Counted from the first letter of the stretch, positions 9,812 through 20,811 are shown. The stretch is 64,000 nucleotides of DNA from Candidatus Omnitrophota bacterium (GCA_028693815.1 JAQUUP010000002.1:74807-138806), one strand, 5' to 3'. The notes: generated from the sequence alone by a model not told the origin. Program-made: numbers and translations.

Positions 9812-12289
9812 ATGAGTTATGATATTGAGACTATAAGACACCTTGAATCAAAGTGGCAGAAATTTTGGAAAGACAACAAAGTCTTTGAAGTTAAACAAGA
9901 TACAAAAAAACCAAAATATTATGTTCTTGAGATGTTTCCGTATCCATCGGGCAAAATCCATATGGGCCATGTTAGAAACTACACCATTGCTGATGTGATT
10001 GCCCGCATGAAAAAGATGCAAGGCTACAATGTGCTTCATCCAATTGGCTACGATGCTTTTGGTCAACCTGCCGAAAATGCTGCCATAAAACATAAAACTG
10101 ACCCTTCCAAATGGACCTATCGTTGCATTCATGAAATGCATCAAGGTTTTGAAAAGATGGGATTTTCTTACGATTGGTCGCGTGAACTTGCTACTTGTAA
10201 TCAGGATTATTATAAATGGAATCAGTGGATTTTTCTAAAGATGATGGAAAAAGGTCTTGCCTACAAAAAGGCTTCATCCGTCAATTGGTGCCCAAGTTGC
10301 GAGACAACCTTGGCTAATGAAGAGGTTATTCAGGGGCAGTGTTGGCGATGCAAGTCAGAAGTTACACAAAAAGATTTAAATCAGTGGTATTTAAAAATTA
10401 CAGATTATTCTGAAAGGCTTTTAAAGGATCTTGATACGCTAAAACAATGGCCAGAGCGTGTTGTTGCCATGCAAAAGAATTGGATTGGCAAAAGCTATGG
10501 TGTTGAGATTTATTTTAAGGTTGAAAAGACAAATGAGGTTTTGCCCGTTTTTACCACGCGTCAAGATACGATTTTTGGTGCAACGTATGTTGTTTTAGCG
10601 CCTGAGCATCCGCTTGTTTCTAAGCTTATTAAAGGGATGCCACAAGAAAAAGAAGTTTTAGCGTTTTGTGAAAAAATAGCAAAGGTGAGTAAAACGGATC
10701 GCATTTCTGGCGGCCTTAAAAAAGAAGGAATTTTTACAGGGATCTATGCGATTAATCCTGTGAATAATGAAAAGGTTCCAATTTGGATTGCGGATTATGT
10801 TTTAATGGAATACGGAACTGGTGCGATTATGGCTGTGCCGACGCATGACCAGAGAGATTTTTTGTTTGCTAAAGAACATGATTTGCCAATGCGTATTGTT
10901 ATTGAAGATCCGAAGCGAAAAGGTATTTTAGCCGATGAGCTGACTGAGGCGTACGAAGCCGAAGGTGTTTTGGTGAATTCTGAGCAATTCAATGGTATTA
11001 GCAATGTCGTGAGTTTAAAGAAAATTTCAGATTGGATGCAAGAAGAGAAAATTGGAAAGTCTGTTGTGCATTGGCGTTTGCGTGATTGGTTGATTTCTCG
11101 TCAGCGATATTGGGGCACACCGATTCCTGTTGTCTATTGCGAGAGCTGTGGTGTTGTGCCTGTGCCTGAAAAAGATCTTCCCGTTGTACTTCCTGAAGAT
11201 ATTAAAATTACAGGTGAAGGAGGAAGTCCTTTGGCTAAGAGGGATGATTTTGTAAATGTTAAGTGTCCTAAGTGTGGCAAGCCGGCTCAGCGTGAAACAG
11301 ATACCATGGCTACATTTTTTGATTCGTCTTGGTACTATCTTCGTTATTGTTCAGCGCATGATGAAAATCAAGTTTTTGATAAAAATGACGCTGATTACTG
11401 GATGCCAGTTGATCAATACATTGGTGGCATTGAGCATGCGATTTTACATCTTTTGTATTCACGGTTTTTTACTAAATTCTTTAAAGATTTAGGTCTGGTA
11501 AAATTTGATGAACCTTTTACGCGTCTTCTAACACAAGGTATGGTTTTAAAAGATGGCGAGGTGATGTCTAAGTCTAAAGGAAACACGGTTGATCCTGATT
11601 CGGTGATTGAGAAATATGGAACAGATGCGTTAAGGCTTTCGATTTTATTTGCTGCTCCGCCGGAAGATCAATTGGAATGGAATGATGGCGCGATGGAAGG
11701 ATCTTGGCGATTTTTGTCTCGTATCTGGAATTTAGTAGAAACAAAGTACGATTCGGTTGCAAAAGAGCAAGCGTTTAATGATAGCGATAAAGATTTAGAA
11801 CGAGAACGTAATAGTGTGATTAAGAAATTTACTGAAGACATTGAAAAAGGTTTTAAATTTAATACATCAATTAGCAGCATCATGATTTTACTTAATAAAA
11901 TTGATCAGCACGTTAAGGGTAAAAAAGGGGCGGATGTTGTTCAGCCTGCTGTTTTAAACAAGTCTATCGAAACAGTTGTTTTGTTATTATCTCCGATTAC
12001 GCCGCATTTGTGTGAAGAGCTTTGGAATAAAATTGGCAAGAAAGATAAAACGATTAGTGAGATTGATTGGCCGACACATGATGAAAAAGCGCTTATTGTC
12101 GACGAAGTTTTGGTTGTTGCTCAGGTTAATGGTAAGTTGCGAGGAAAATTTCAAGTGCCTGTGGATGCTGATGAGGCAACCTTGAGAGACATTATTTTAT
12201 CTGATGAAAAAATCAAAGAGTTTATCGCTGATAAGCCGATTAAGCGTTTTATTGTTGTTCCAAATAAAATTGTAAATATTGTAGTATAA
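9812..12289 (+). CDS. leuS: Leucine--tRNA ligase.
   Basis: HMGH ([15 protein letters not shown]) and KMSKS (VMSKSKGN) class I motifs; CP1 editing domain and Zn-finger Cys pairs; 825 aa. Confidence 0.97.
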   Translation: MSYDIETIRHLESKWQKFWKDNKVFEVKQDTKKPKYYVLEMFPYPSGKIHMGHVRNYTIADVIARMKKMQGYNVLHPIGYDAFGQPAENAAIKHKTDPSKWTYRCIHEMHQGFEKMGFSYDWSRELATCNQDYYKWNQWIFLKMMEKGLAYKKASSVNWCPSCETTLANEEVIQGQCWRCKSEVTQKDLNQWYLKITDYSERLLKDLDTLKQWPERVVAMQKNWIGKSYGVEIYFKVEKTNEVLPVFTTRQDTIFGATYVVLAPEHPLVSKLIKGMPQEKEVLAFCEKIAKVSKTDRISGGLKKEGIFTGIYAINPVNNEKVPIWIADYVLMEYGTGAIMAVPTHDQRDFLFAKEHDLPMRIVIEDPKRKGILADELTEAYEAEGVLVNSEQFNGISNVVSLKKISDWMQEEKIGKSVVHWRLRDWLISRQRYWGTPIPVVYCESCGVVPVPEKDLPVVLPEDIKITGEGGSPLAKRDDFVNVKCPKCGKPAQRETDTMATFFDSSWYYLRYCSAHDENQVFDKNDADYWMPVDQYIGGIEHAILHLLYSRFFTKFFKDLGLVKFDEPFTRLLTQGMVLKDGEVMSKSKGNTVDPDSVIEKYGTDALRLSILFAAPPEDQLEWNDGAMEGSWRFLSRIWNLVETKYDSVAKEQAFNDSDKDLERERNSVIKKFTEDIEKGFKFNTSISSIMILLNKIDQHVKGKKGADVVQPAVLNKSIETVVLLLSPITPHLCEELWNKIGKKDKTISEIDWPTHDEKALIVDEVLVVAQVNGKLRGKFQVPVDADEATLRDIILSDEKIKEFIADKPIKRFIVVPNKIVNIVV

Positions 12290-12324
12290 AAGTTACAAGC
12301 GTCTTGTTACGCGTGACCTTAGTT

Positions 12325-13614
12325 ATGTCAAAATTCTACGCTGACCTTCATATTCATTCTAAATATTCCCGTGCAACCAGCAAATCATTAGACTTTGAGG
12401 CTCTCTATCTTTGGGCGCAACTAAAAGGCCTCCAGGTTGTTGGCAGCGGAGATTTCTTGCATCCGGCGTGGTTTAAGGAAATCACAACAAAACTTGAAGA
12501 AGCTGAGCCAGGGTTTTTTAAATTAAAAGAAAAGTATGCCAAAGAAATTGATAAAGACGTTCCAAAGTCTTGTCGAGGCAAGGTGCGGTTTGTTCTTTCA
12601 GTTGAAATCTCAAGCATTTATAAAAAAATGGATAAGGTGCGAAAAATCCACAACGTGGTTCTTGCGCCTCATTTAAAATCTGCAGAAAAGATTCAAAAGA
12701 AGCTTGGGGCCATTGGAAATATTTGTTCAGATGGCCGTCCGATTCTGGGTTTAGATTCGCGCGATTTGTTAGAAATAACTTTGGAAGCTGACGACAAGGC
12801 TTTTTTAGTTCCAGCGCACATTTGGACGCCGTGGTTTGCGCTGTTAGGTTCTAAAAGTGGATTTGATCGAGTTGAAGATTGTTTTGGTGATTTGACTAAG
12901 CATGTTTTTGCTCTTGAGACAGGTTTGTCGTCTGATCCTTTGATGAATTGGCGGTTAAGCCGGCTGGATGATTATGTTTTGATTTCTAATTCAGATGCGC
13001 ATTCGGCATCAAAGCTTGCGCGCGAGTCGAATATTTTTGATACAGAATTTTCTTATAATGGGATGTATAAAGCGCTTAAAGATCCAAAAGACAAAGGATT
13101 TTTAGGGACGATTGAATTTTTTCCGGAAGAAGGGAAATATCATTATGACGGACATCGGGATTGCAAGATATGTTTAACACCTAAAAAGACTATAAAAAAT
13201 AAAGGATTATGTCCTGTTTGCGGAAAATCTGTGACAGTCGGTGTTATGGCGCGGGTTGAAGAACTTGCCGACCGGAAACAAGGAGAAAAAAGCAAGCGAT
13301 GGCGCCCTTATCATAGTTTGATTCCGCTTGTCGAGGTTGTTGCTGAGGCTAGAGGCATGGGGCCAAATTCAAAAGCTGTTCAGAAAATCTTTCATGCGAT
13401 GCTTAATGCTCTTGGCGGAGAAATTTCGATTTTGTGGGATAAACCAATTAAAGATATTCAAGTTTGTGCTGGTGATGTGGTTGCTGAAGGTGTCAGCCGT
13501 ATGCGTCAAGGAAAAGTAAATATTGCACCCGGCTATGATGGAGAATATGGTGTTGTTAAGCTTTTCTCTGATGCTGAGAGAGCTAAGTTAGCCAAACAAC
13601 CATCTTTGTTCTAA
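12325..13614 (+). CDS. PHP-domain nuclease with a C-terminal Zn finger, endonuclease Q (EndoQ)-like. Start moved to the ATG at 12325.
   Basis: N-terminal ADLHIHSKYSRA PHP signature; C-terminal CPVCGKSVTVGVMARVEEL zinc ribbon; about 430 aa, as for archaeal and bacterial EndoQ. Confidence 0.45.
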   Translation: MSKFYADLHIHSKYSRATSKSLDFEALYLWAQLKGLQVVGSGDFLHPAWFKEITTKLEEAEPGFFKLKEKYAKEIDKDVPKSCRGKVRFVLSVEISSIYKKMDKVRKIHNVVLAPHLKSAEKIQKKLGAIGNICSDGRPILGLDSRDLLEITLEADDKAFLVPAHIWTPWFALLGSKSGFDRVEDCFGDLTKHVFALETGLSSDPLMNWRLSRLDDYVLISNSDAHSASKLARESNIFDTEFSYNGMYKALKDPKDKGFLGTIEFFPEEGKYHYDGHRDCKICLTPKKTIKNKGLCPVCGKSVTVGVMARVEELADRKQGEKSKRWRPYHSLIPLVEVVAEARGMGPNSKAVQKIFHAMLNALGGEISILWDKPIKDIQVCAGDVVAEGVSRMRQGKVNIAPGYDGEYGVVKLFSDAERAKLAKQPSLF

Positions 13615-13655
13615 TTTTATTCTTGTTTGATAAGATTTAATTGATCAGGTAGCGT

Positions 13656-13994
13656 ATGTTTCATCTAACAAAAGAAGAGCGACTTGTTGTTATTTATTTT
13701 GGGGCGACCCTTATTTTGGGGAGCCTTTTTTATTATGTGTTTAAGCAAAATCCAAACCTTTGGAATTTGATTAATGTGGTCGATAGCCAGAAAATTTATC
13801 CAAAGGTAGATATTAATCGAGCCGACCGCGATCAGTTGATCAAGATTCCGCAAATTGGCCCTGCCACAGCTGATCAGATTTTGGAGCATCGCAAAAACAA
13901 GACATTTGAAACGTTAGAAGAGCTTAAAGAAATAAAAGGTATCAGCGGTTCAAAGTATAAAACTATTATTCGGTATTTAAAACCACCGCCCTGA
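13656..13994 (+). CDS. comEA: Competence protein ComEA (helix-hairpin-helix DNA-binding).
   Basis: N-terminal TM, DINRADRDQLIKIPQIGPATADQIL...LKEIKGISGSKYKTI tandem HhH. Confidence 0.8.
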   Translation: MFHLTKEERLVVIYFGATLILGSLFYYVFKQNPNLWNLINVVDSQKIYPKVDINRADRDQLIKIPQIGPATADQILEHRKNKTFETLEELKEIKGISGSKYKTIIRYLKPPP

Positions 13995-13996
13995 CT

Positions 13997-15556
13997 ATGA
14001 ACCCTCGTCGACCATTCTTAAGTATGGTTATTTTCCTCAGTTTCGGTATTCTTGTCGGAGAATACATAAATATTTCATTTTATATTCTAAGCTTCTTTTG
14101 TTTGATTGGATTTTCTTTAAGTTATATTTTTCTTAAACAAACAAAAGTTTCGCTTATTTTTATTTTTGCTTCATTGTTTTTGCTTGGAGCAGCACTTGTT
14201 CAAAGTGCAAAAAGCATTGGACCCGACGACATTTCAAGTATTGTTCGATTTTATCGAAAAGATTCTGTGACGATTGAGGGTATTGTTGTTTCTGATGTTC
14301 AAGAAAAAGATTTTCATGCGACAAAAAAACTTTCATTTGAGCTTGATGTTAAACGTATCAAAAGTCCTTGGGGCTGGAAAAAGAAAAGCGGAAGAATTTT
14401 AGTCCATGTGTTCGGAGAAAGAGACATTGCTTTTGGTGATTATCTTAAAATGGAAGGAAAGATTTATCCAGCATTTAATTTTAAGACAGAGAATCGATTT
14501 TCATACAAAGAATATCTTCTGAGAAAGAAGATTCGGTGTATTTTAAGTGTAAAGAAAGCGTTGCCGGTTGATGTGATCAGAAGAAATCAAGGCAATTTTT
14601 TAAAAGCATTTTCTCTTCGCTTGAAGAAGAAGTTGTCGGGTATCTTGGATGCGAACTTTACATCGAATCAATCTGGTATTATGCACGCGATTCTTTTGGG
14701 GGATCGTCAGAATATTCCTGTACATATCCGCGAGCTTTTTATTCAGACAGGAACAGCGCATATTTTAGCGATTAGCGGTCTTCATATTGGTATTGTGGCT
14801 TTCTTGATTTTTCTTGCACTTAAAATTATTCCTTTAAAAAGAAAATGGCGATATATTTTAACAGCGGCTTTTCTTATTTTTTATTGCTTTTTGATTGGGT
14901 CTCGGCCATCAGTTGTGCGAGCAACAATTATGGCGAGTATTTTTTTGTTTAGTTTTGTTTCTGAGAGGGAATCGGATCCTATCAATGCACTGTGCTTAGC
15001 GGGTTTTGCGATATTGATTATGAATCCTCTTTATTTGTTTGATGCTGGATTTCAGTTATCTTTTGTGAGTGTTTTTTCGATTTTATGCTTGTATCCGGTT
15101 TTTTCAAAGAGTTCATGGATGTTAGAGAAATTGAGCAAGCGAAGGGTGGCAAAGTTTTTTGTTGAGTCACTGTTTGTTTCCTTAATTGTTTGGATAGGGG
15201 TTTTCGGGCTCGTTGGATATTATTTCGAAATCGTTACGCCTATTACGATTTTGGCTAATTTATTTGTAATTCCGTGTATTTCTGTTGTTATTGCTCTGGG
15301 CTTAAGTTTAATGTTTACAGGGGTTTTTGTCCCAGGTTTAAATATTTTCTTTGCGTATTGCATCAAAGTTGTTTTAAGCGTAATGGTGGCAGGCATTTAT
15401 CTTATGTCACAAATCCCGGGAGCTTATTTTGAACACTTTTCTTTTTCGTTTGGCGTGGTTGTAGCGTATTATATGGTATTTTTTGGACTTTGTTTCTTTA
15501 GAATTTTAAGAGAAAATAAGCATCCTCGCAAGATTGACAAAATTATTCAACTATGA
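13997..15556 (+). CDS. comEC: ComEC/Rec2-family DNA internalisation channel. Carries the DUF4131 and competence domains but no C-terminal MBL domain.
   Basis: Polytopic membrane protein with the AHILAISGLHIGIV motif typical of ComEC. Confidence 0.85.
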   Translation: MNPRRPFLSMVIFLSFGILVGEYINISFYILSFFCLIGFSLSYIFLKQTKVSLIFIFASLFLLGAALVQSAKSIGPDDISSIVRFYRKDSVTIEGIVVSDVQEKDFHATKKLSFELDVKRIKSPWGWKKKSGRILVHVFGERDIAFGDYLKMEGKIYPAFNFKTENRFSYKEYLLRKKIRCILSVKKALPVDVIRRNQGNFLKAFSLRLKKKLSGILDANFTSNQSGIMHAILLGDRQNIPVHIRELFIQTGTAHILAISGLHIGIVAFLIFLALKIIPLKRKWRYILTAAFLIFYCFLIGSRPSVVRATIMASIFLFSFVSERESDPINALCLAGFAILIMNPLYLFDAGFQLSFVSVFSILCLYPVFSKSSWMLEKLSKRRVAKFFVESLFVSLIVWIGVFGLVGYYFEIVTPITILANLFVIPCISVVIALGLSLMFTGVFVPGLNIFFAYCIKVVLSVMVAGIYLMSQIPGAYFEHFSFSFGVVVAYYMVFFGLCFFRILRENKHPRKIDKIIQL

Positions 15557-15569
15557 TAAAGTGGACGAC

Positions 15570-16517
15570 ATGAAAAGAATAATAATTATAACTATTACTA
15601 TTATTAGTATTTGTGCTGGAAATTGTTCTGCTTTTTGGCTTTGGACGCCAGAGACGAATAAATGGGTTAATCCAAAATATTCCGTTAAAGAAACCCCAAA
15701 AGAACAGCTAGATTACGGCTTAGAATTTCTAAATGCACAGGAATTTAAGAAGGCCATTAATGAATTTGAGAAGCTGATTAAACATTATCCGCGGGCAACG
15801 GAAGCACCAAAAGCACAATGGTATATTGGTGAATGTTTTGAAAAGTTAGATGATCCTTATAAGGCATTCCAAGAGTATCAGAAGATTATTGATATGTATC
15901 CTTTTAGTGATCTCGCTCCTGAAGTTGTTGAGCGTCAATACAAGATCGGTGAGAAAATGCTTTTGACTCCATCCAAAAATCGATTTATTTCTACTTTGAC
16001 TGGCGGGGAATACGATGTGATTGATGTTTTTCGAACGGTTATTAAAAATGCGCCATATGGCAATTATGCGCCTATTGCGCAATATAAGATTGGTTTATAT
16101 TTGGCTGAAAAAAAGATGTATTCTGAAGCACGTGATGAGCTTGAGAAGGTGATTAACGATTATCCAGATAATGAATGGGTTAAGCCTGCTCGATATCAGA
16201 TTGCTGTTGTTGATTCTGCGCGATCGCCAGGCGCTGCTTATGATCAAAGAGTGACGCAAGCGGCAGCTGAAGGATTTGAAGATTTTATTAAAACATATCC
16301 AGATGCTCAATTGTCTGAGAAAGCTCGTTCTGAAATTTCCGAGTTGCGCGAGAAAGAAGCCGAAAATAATTTTTTGACGGCTAAATTTTATCAAAAACAA
16401 AAAGATTATGAAGCTGCAAAGATCTATTATTTGTCAATTATTGACGAGTTTTCCGGAAATCAGTGGGCGATTAAGGCTTTAGAACAAATTAAAATTATTG
16501 AAGAAAAGACTAAATAG
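15570..16517 (+). CDS. bamD: Outer membrane protein assembly factor BamD-like TPR lipoprotein.
   Basis: Signal peptide then TPR repeats (YPRATEAPKAQWYIGECF...YAPIAQYKIGLYL...). Size and architecture match BamD/YfiO. Confidence 0.6.
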   Translation: MKRIIIITITIISICAGNCSAFWLWTPETNKWVNPKYSVKETPKEQLDYGLEFLNAQEFKKAINEFEKLIKHYPRATEAPKAQWYIGECFEKLDDPYKAFQEYQKIIDMYPFSDLAPEVVERQYKIGEKMLLTPSKNRFISTLTGGEYDVIDVFRTVIKNAPYGNYAPIAQYKIGLYLAEKKMYSEARDELEKVINDYPDNEWVKPARYQIAVVDSARSPGAAYDQRVTQAAAEGFEDFIKTYPDAQLSEKARSEISELREKEAENNFLTAKFYQKQKDYEAAKIYYLSIIDEFSGNQWAIKALEQIKIIEEKTK

Positions 16518-16519
16518 AA

Positions 16520-17059
16520 ATGAAAAGCTTTATAAAAATTTTTGTTATTCTTTTTGTTCCTATTTATTTTACTGGGTGTGGTTATGCTACACGGTCGTTA
16601 TCTCCAATTTTATCAGATATTCATACGATTTATATCGAACCGTTTGCGAATAATGTTGATTATGGAGCATCGCGTGGAAGTAAGAATTTGTATATTCCAA
16701 TGTTGGAAGTTAAAGTAACCAACCAAACGATTAATCAATTTGTTTATGATGGCAATCTTAAGGTTTCGAAAGAAGACCAAGCCGATGTTATTCTCAAGAG
16801 CGAACTTATTAATTATACTCGAGATGCTTTAAGGTATGATGATGATGACAACGCTGAGGAATATCGCATAACGATTATTGTTTCTTTGGTGCTTTGGGAT
16901 GTTGCGAGCAGTGAGCCTCTTTGGGTTGAGCCAAGGTTTTCAGGAGATGCAACATTCTTTGAATCAGGACCGGCTGCTCAATCTGAGAGCACAGCCGTTG
17001 ATGAGGCCGTTAAAGATCTCGCAAAGAGAATTGTTGAACGAACTGTTGAAGACTGGTAG
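16520..17059 (+). CDS. lptE: LptE-like outer-membrane lipoprotein.
   Basis: Lipobox ...FTGCGYATRS resembles LptE CGWHLR. About 180 aa. Conserved leuS...lptE-holA neighbourhood. Confidence 0.45.
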   Translation: MKSFIKIFVILFVPIYFTGCGYATRSLSPILSDIHTIYIEPFANNVDYGASRGSKNLYIPMLEVKVTNQTINQFVYDGNLKVSKEDQADVILKSELINYTRDALRYDDDDNAEEYRITIIVSLVLWDVASSEPLWVEPRFSGDATFFESGPAAQSESTAVDEAVKDLAKRIVERTVEDW

Positions 17060-17078
17060 CCGGAGTTGGTGCTAAACA

Positions 17079-17717
17079 ATGATTTATCTTCTTGTTGGTC
17101 AGAGTCCATCTAAAGAAAACAAAATTTCCGAAATAAAAACTAGCGTACTTACTTCTAAAGAATCTTTGTCTTTTGATTACGAGATATTGCATGGGCATAA
17201 GCTGAATGATGAAATTTTGAAAAAATCTCTTATCTCACTTCCTAGTGTTTCTAAAAAAAGAGTAGTACTCCTTCGTCAAGCACATGAATTAAATGCCAGA
17301 GCTAAGAAAATTATTCTTTCTTGTCAAAAGGATTGTGATAAGACAGTAGATCTTATTTTAGATGCGGATGAATGGAGCACAAAGGATAGCTTTTTAAGAA
17401 CATTAGGTAAAGCAATCACAGTTGTTAATTTTGAGCAAAAGAAAAAAGCAGATGTTTTTGAAATGACAAGGGCGATTATTTCTAATCGAAAAATTGACGC
17501 TTTAAAGTTGTTAACTCAGCTTATTGAAGAGGGAAACCATCCTCTCAAAATTATGGCACCTATCGTTTGGTCTTGGAAGAATTCAAGAAATCGAATCTCA
17601 AAAGAAAGGTTTCGCCGAGGACTTATGATGATTCAAGATGCAGACTTTTGCATTAAGCGAAGTCGTCTTAGCTCAGAATATGCTTTAGAAGTCTTAGTTG
17701 TTAAGTTGTGCTCTTAA
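17079..17717 (+). CDS. DNA polymerase III delta-subunit (HolA)-like protein, short at 212 aa.
   Basis: Position after the lptE-like gene and next to rpsT, as in many bacteria. MIYLLVGQ...N-terminal pattern. Weak. Confidence 0.3.
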   Translation: MIYLLVGQSPSKENKISEIKTSVLTSKESLSFDYEILHGHKLNDEILKKSLISLPSVSKKRVVLLRQAHELNARAKKIILSCQKDCDKTVDLILDADEWSTKDSFLRTLGKAITVVNFEQKKKADVFEMTRAIISNRKIDALKLLTQLIEEGNHPLKIMAPIVWSWKNSRNRISKERFRRGLMMIQDADFCIKRSRLSSEYALEVLVVKLCS

Positions 17718-17964
17718 GCAGTTTGCTAAATTGAGATTTTCTTCGGGCAGCTGTATTTTCTTGGATTAGATTGCGCTTGACAGACTTATCAATCTTTTTA
17801 AATACAGTGCTAAGAAGAGCTTTCGCTTCACTGACATTTTTGGACTCAACAGCCGTGCGAAAACGTTTGATGGTTTTCTTAAGGTCGGTTTTGACGTCTA
17901 AATTGTGCAAATGCTTCTTTTTAGTTAAACGTAATTCTTGGATGCCGGATCGTCTTTGTGGCAT
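17701..17964 (-). CDS. rpsT: 30S ribosomal protein S20.
   Basis: 87-aa basic protein; its ...RRKSQ...KLLKS pattern resembles the bS20 tail ...RHKANLTAQINKLA, i.e. an S20 fold. Confidence 0.85.
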   Translation of the reverse strand: MPQRRSGIQELRLTKKKHLHNLDVKTDLKKTIKRFRTAVESKNVSEAKALLSTVFKKIDKSVKRNLIQENTAARRKSQFSKLLKSTT

Positions 17965-18013
17965 AAATAATCGCTCCTTTCTTTAGGCGCCAATATAGCA
18001 GAGAGATAAACGC

Positions 18014-19585
18014 ATGTCAACTAATAAATATTCACATCACGACACCAGCAGAGGTATCCTTAAGTCAACATCGATTTTATCCTTAGGGACTTTTGGGTCG
18101 AGAGTTTTGGGGTTTGTCCGTGATGTAATTTTGGCTCGATTCCTTGGAACTGGTTTTCAGGCAGATGCTTTTTTTGTGGCATTTCGTATTCCTAATTTAT
18201 TTCGAGACGTGGTTGGTGAAGGTGGAATTAATTCTTCGGTTGTTCCTGTAATTTCGGAATATGCAGAGAAAAAAGAAAAAGAAGAATTATTGAAGTTTTT
18301 AAGCGTTGTTTTTGTGTTGGCAGCGATTGTTTTGAGCGTCATTACGATTTCAGGAATTGTTTTTGCCCCTATTATTGTGCGTGCGATTGCGCCTGGATTT
18401 GTGGTTGACAGTGAAAAGCTTAATTTAACGATTAAGTTGACGCGATTGATGTTTCCTTATTTAATTTTTATTAGCTTAACAGCGTATGGAGCAGGCATTC
18501 TTTATACATTAAGGTCTTTTGCTGTGCCGGCGTTTAGTCCGTGTCTTCTAAATATCTCAATTATAATCAGTGTTTTTGTTTCACTTAAAACAAAGATTGA
18601 CCCTGTTTTGTGCTTAGCGTTTGGTGTTTTAGTCGGTGGGATTTTGCAGCTTGCAGTGCAAGGGATTCCAATTTTTAAAAAGGGTATTCGTTTTAAGTGG
18701 CCTCGAACATTGCAGCATCCTGGCGCTAAAAAGATTGGAAAATTACTTTTACCGCGGTTATTGGGATCAGCCGTTTATCAATTAACGGTTTTTATTGATA
18801 CTTTTTGTGCGTCTTTGGCGATGATCGTTGGGGCTGGCGGAATTTCCGCGATTTATTATTCTAATCGTATTTTACAATTTCCTATGGGTCTTTTCGGTAT
18901 TGCACTTGCCTCTGCTCTTTTGCCTTCGATGTCAGGGTTTGCTGCGCGTAATGATTTTAAAGAGTTTAAACGGACATTCAATTTTGCCTTAAAAAGCATT
19001 TTATTTGTGATGTTGCCGATCAGCATATTCTTAATGTTTTTTTCTGTTCCGATCATCCGTCTGCTTTTTCAAAGGGGAGAGTTTGATATTTATTCAACAA
19101 CGATTACTTCCTCGGCGTTGCTGTTTTATTCGATCGGACTTTTTTGTTTTGCTGGAGTTAAGATTTTGGTGACATCTTTTTATTCGATTCAGGACACTAA
19201 GACGCCGGCAAAGACGGCGGGGTTCTGTTTGGTGATTAATGCGATGTTGAATTTTCTTTTGATGGGGCCTTTAAAGATTGGGGGGATTGCCCTGGCAAGC
19301 TCAATTGCAGCAACGATTAATTTTTCTATTTTGTTCTTTATTTTAAATAAACGCTTAAAGCATATTGGAGAAGGTTTCCTTGATTACGGGCTTAAAGTTC
19401 TTTTGGCGTCTATGGTGATGGGATCATTGTCATTATGGCTTTGGAATCTGGCAGATCGTATTCCAGAGATGATTCGTTTTTTTCTTGTTAGCTTCGTAAG
19501 TATTTTTGTTTTTTTCCAATCGTGCTATTTTCTAAAAATTTATCAAGCACAAAAAATAATCCAATGGATATTAAAAAAACCATAG
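18014..19585 (+). CDS. murJ: Lipid II flippase MurJ (MviN).
   Basis: N-terminus ILKSTSILSLGTFGSRVLGFVRDVILARFLGTG...ADAFFVAFRIPNLFR is the MurJ signature; 14 TM, 523 aa. Confidence 0.9.
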   Translation: MSTNKYSHHDTSRGILKSTSILSLGTFGSRVLGFVRDVILARFLGTGFQADAFFVAFRIPNLFRDVVGEGGINSSVVPVISEYAEKKEKEELLKFLSVVFVLAAIVLSVITISGIVFAPIIVRAIAPGFVVDSEKLNLTIKLTRLMFPYLIFISLTAYGAGILYTLRSFAVPAFSPCLLNISIIISVFVSLKTKIDPVLCLAFGVLVGGILQLAVQGIPIFKKGIRFKWPRTLQHPGAKKIGKLLLPRLLGSAVYQLTVFIDTFCASLAMIVGAGGISAIYYSNRILQFPMGLFGIALASALLPSMSGFAARNDFKEFKRTFNFALKSILFVMLPISIFLMFFSVPIIRLLFQRGEFDIYSTTITSSALLFYSIGLFCFAGVKILVTSFYSIQDTKTPAKTAGFCLVINAMLNFLLMGPLKIGGIALASSIAATINFSILFFILNKRLKHIGEGFLDYGLKVLLASMVMGSLSLWLWNLADRIPEMIRFFLVSFVSIFVFFQSCYFLKIYQAQKIIQWILKKP

Positions 19586-20811
19586 CACAAATTCCTCTTT
19601 CGAGCGGCGTGTACTTAATGAAATCGAAAAGAGGAGCAATCATCTATATTGGAAAAGCGGTTTGTTTACGTAAGCGCGTGCAGTCATATTTTCGAAAGAA
19701 AACGGATTCTCTTAAAACAGAAGCACTTGTTTCGGAAATTAATGACATTGATTATATTTTGACGTTAAGCGAAGCGGAAGCTTTGATTTTGGAAGCGAGC
19801 CTCGTAAAGAAATATAAGCCAAAATATAACATTGATTTAAAAGATGATAAAAGCTATCCGTTTATTCAGATGACGGATGAAGATTTCTCAAGAGTTTCGA
19901 TTGTGCGCCCGCGCCCTAAAGATGTTGGTAGAAAAATGTTTAAGATGTTTGGCCCGTACGTTAATGCTAAGTTGATTCGTGAGGCTTTGGGTGTGATCCG
20001 AAAGATTTTTCATTTTCGTACGTGTGCACATCTTCCCAAAAAAGCTTGCCTTGATTATCATATTGGCTTGTGTGATGCTCCGTGCATTAAAAATATTACA
20101 AAAACAGAATATCAAAAAATAATTCGGAATGTTTGTTTAATCTTAGAAGGAAAAAAGGAAAGCTTGTATCGTTTTCTTCGAAAAGAAATGGAGCAGGCTT
20201 CTCAAAATAAAGATTTTGAAAAAGCAGGAAAAATTCGTGATCAAATAAGAGCTATGGGCGCTTTGTATTCTGGCACGAAAGATATTAATTGCTTTAAAGA
20301 GGCAGAGCAACTTAAGCGCGTGCTTAATCTTTCTCGACGATTAGAACGTATTGAAGCATTTGATATTTCGAACACAATGGGTCAGCAGTCTGTTGGATCG
20401 ATGGTATCTTTTTTAAATGGAGTACCGGACAAAAAGAATTATCGGCGTTTTCGTATTCGTGAAACACAAGGCATTGATGATTTTAAGATGATTGCAGAAG
20501 TTGTTGGTAGGCGGTATCAGCGATTAAAAAAAGAGGCAGCTCTTTTTCCAGATTTGATTTTGATCGATGGAGGCAAAGGACAACTCTCGGCAGCTAAAGA
20601 AAAACTTGTGGAGTTGGATTTAAATATTCCTGTAATTTCTATTGCGAAAAGAAACGAAGAAATTTTTGTACCATACAAAAGAAATCCTGTGGTTCTTTCA
20701 AAGGATGCATTGGGTTTAAAGTTAATTCAGCGTATTCGAGATGAAGCGCATCGCTTTGCTGTTAATTATCATCGTTTGTTGCGATCTAAGAAGGTATTTA
20801 GTGAGAAATAA
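19564..20811 (+). CDS. uvrC: Excinuclease ABC subunit C (UvrC) with GIY-YIG, UVR and RNase H-like domains, but apparently lacking the C-terminal (HhH)2 domain at about 415 aa. Start set at ATG 19564, overlapping murJ by 22 nt.
   Basis: GVYLMKSKRGAIIYIGKAVCLRKRVQSYF (GIY-YIG); EKAGKIRDQIRAM (UVR); FDISNTMG...ILIDGGKGQ endonuclease domain. Confidence 0.8.
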   Translation: MDIKKTIAQIPLSSGVYLMKSKRGAIIYIGKAVCLRKRVQSYFRKKTDSLKTEALVSEINDIDYILTLSEAEALILEASLVKKYKPKYNIDLKDDKSYPFIQMTDEDFSRVSIVRPRPKDVGRKMFKMFGPYVNAKLIREALGVIRKIFHFRTCAHLPKKACLDYHIGLCDAPCIKNITKTEYQKIIRNVCLILEGKKESLYRFLRKEMEQASQNKDFEKAGKIRDQIRAMGALYSGTKDINCFKEAEQLKRVLNLSRRLERIEAFDISNTMGQQSVGSMVSFLNGVPDKKNYRRFRIRETQGIDDFKMIAEVVGRRYQRLKKEAALFPDLILIDGGKGQLSAAKEKLVELDLNIPVISIAKRNEEIFVPYKRNPVVLSKDALGLKLIQRIRDEAHRFAVNYHRLLRSKKVFSEK

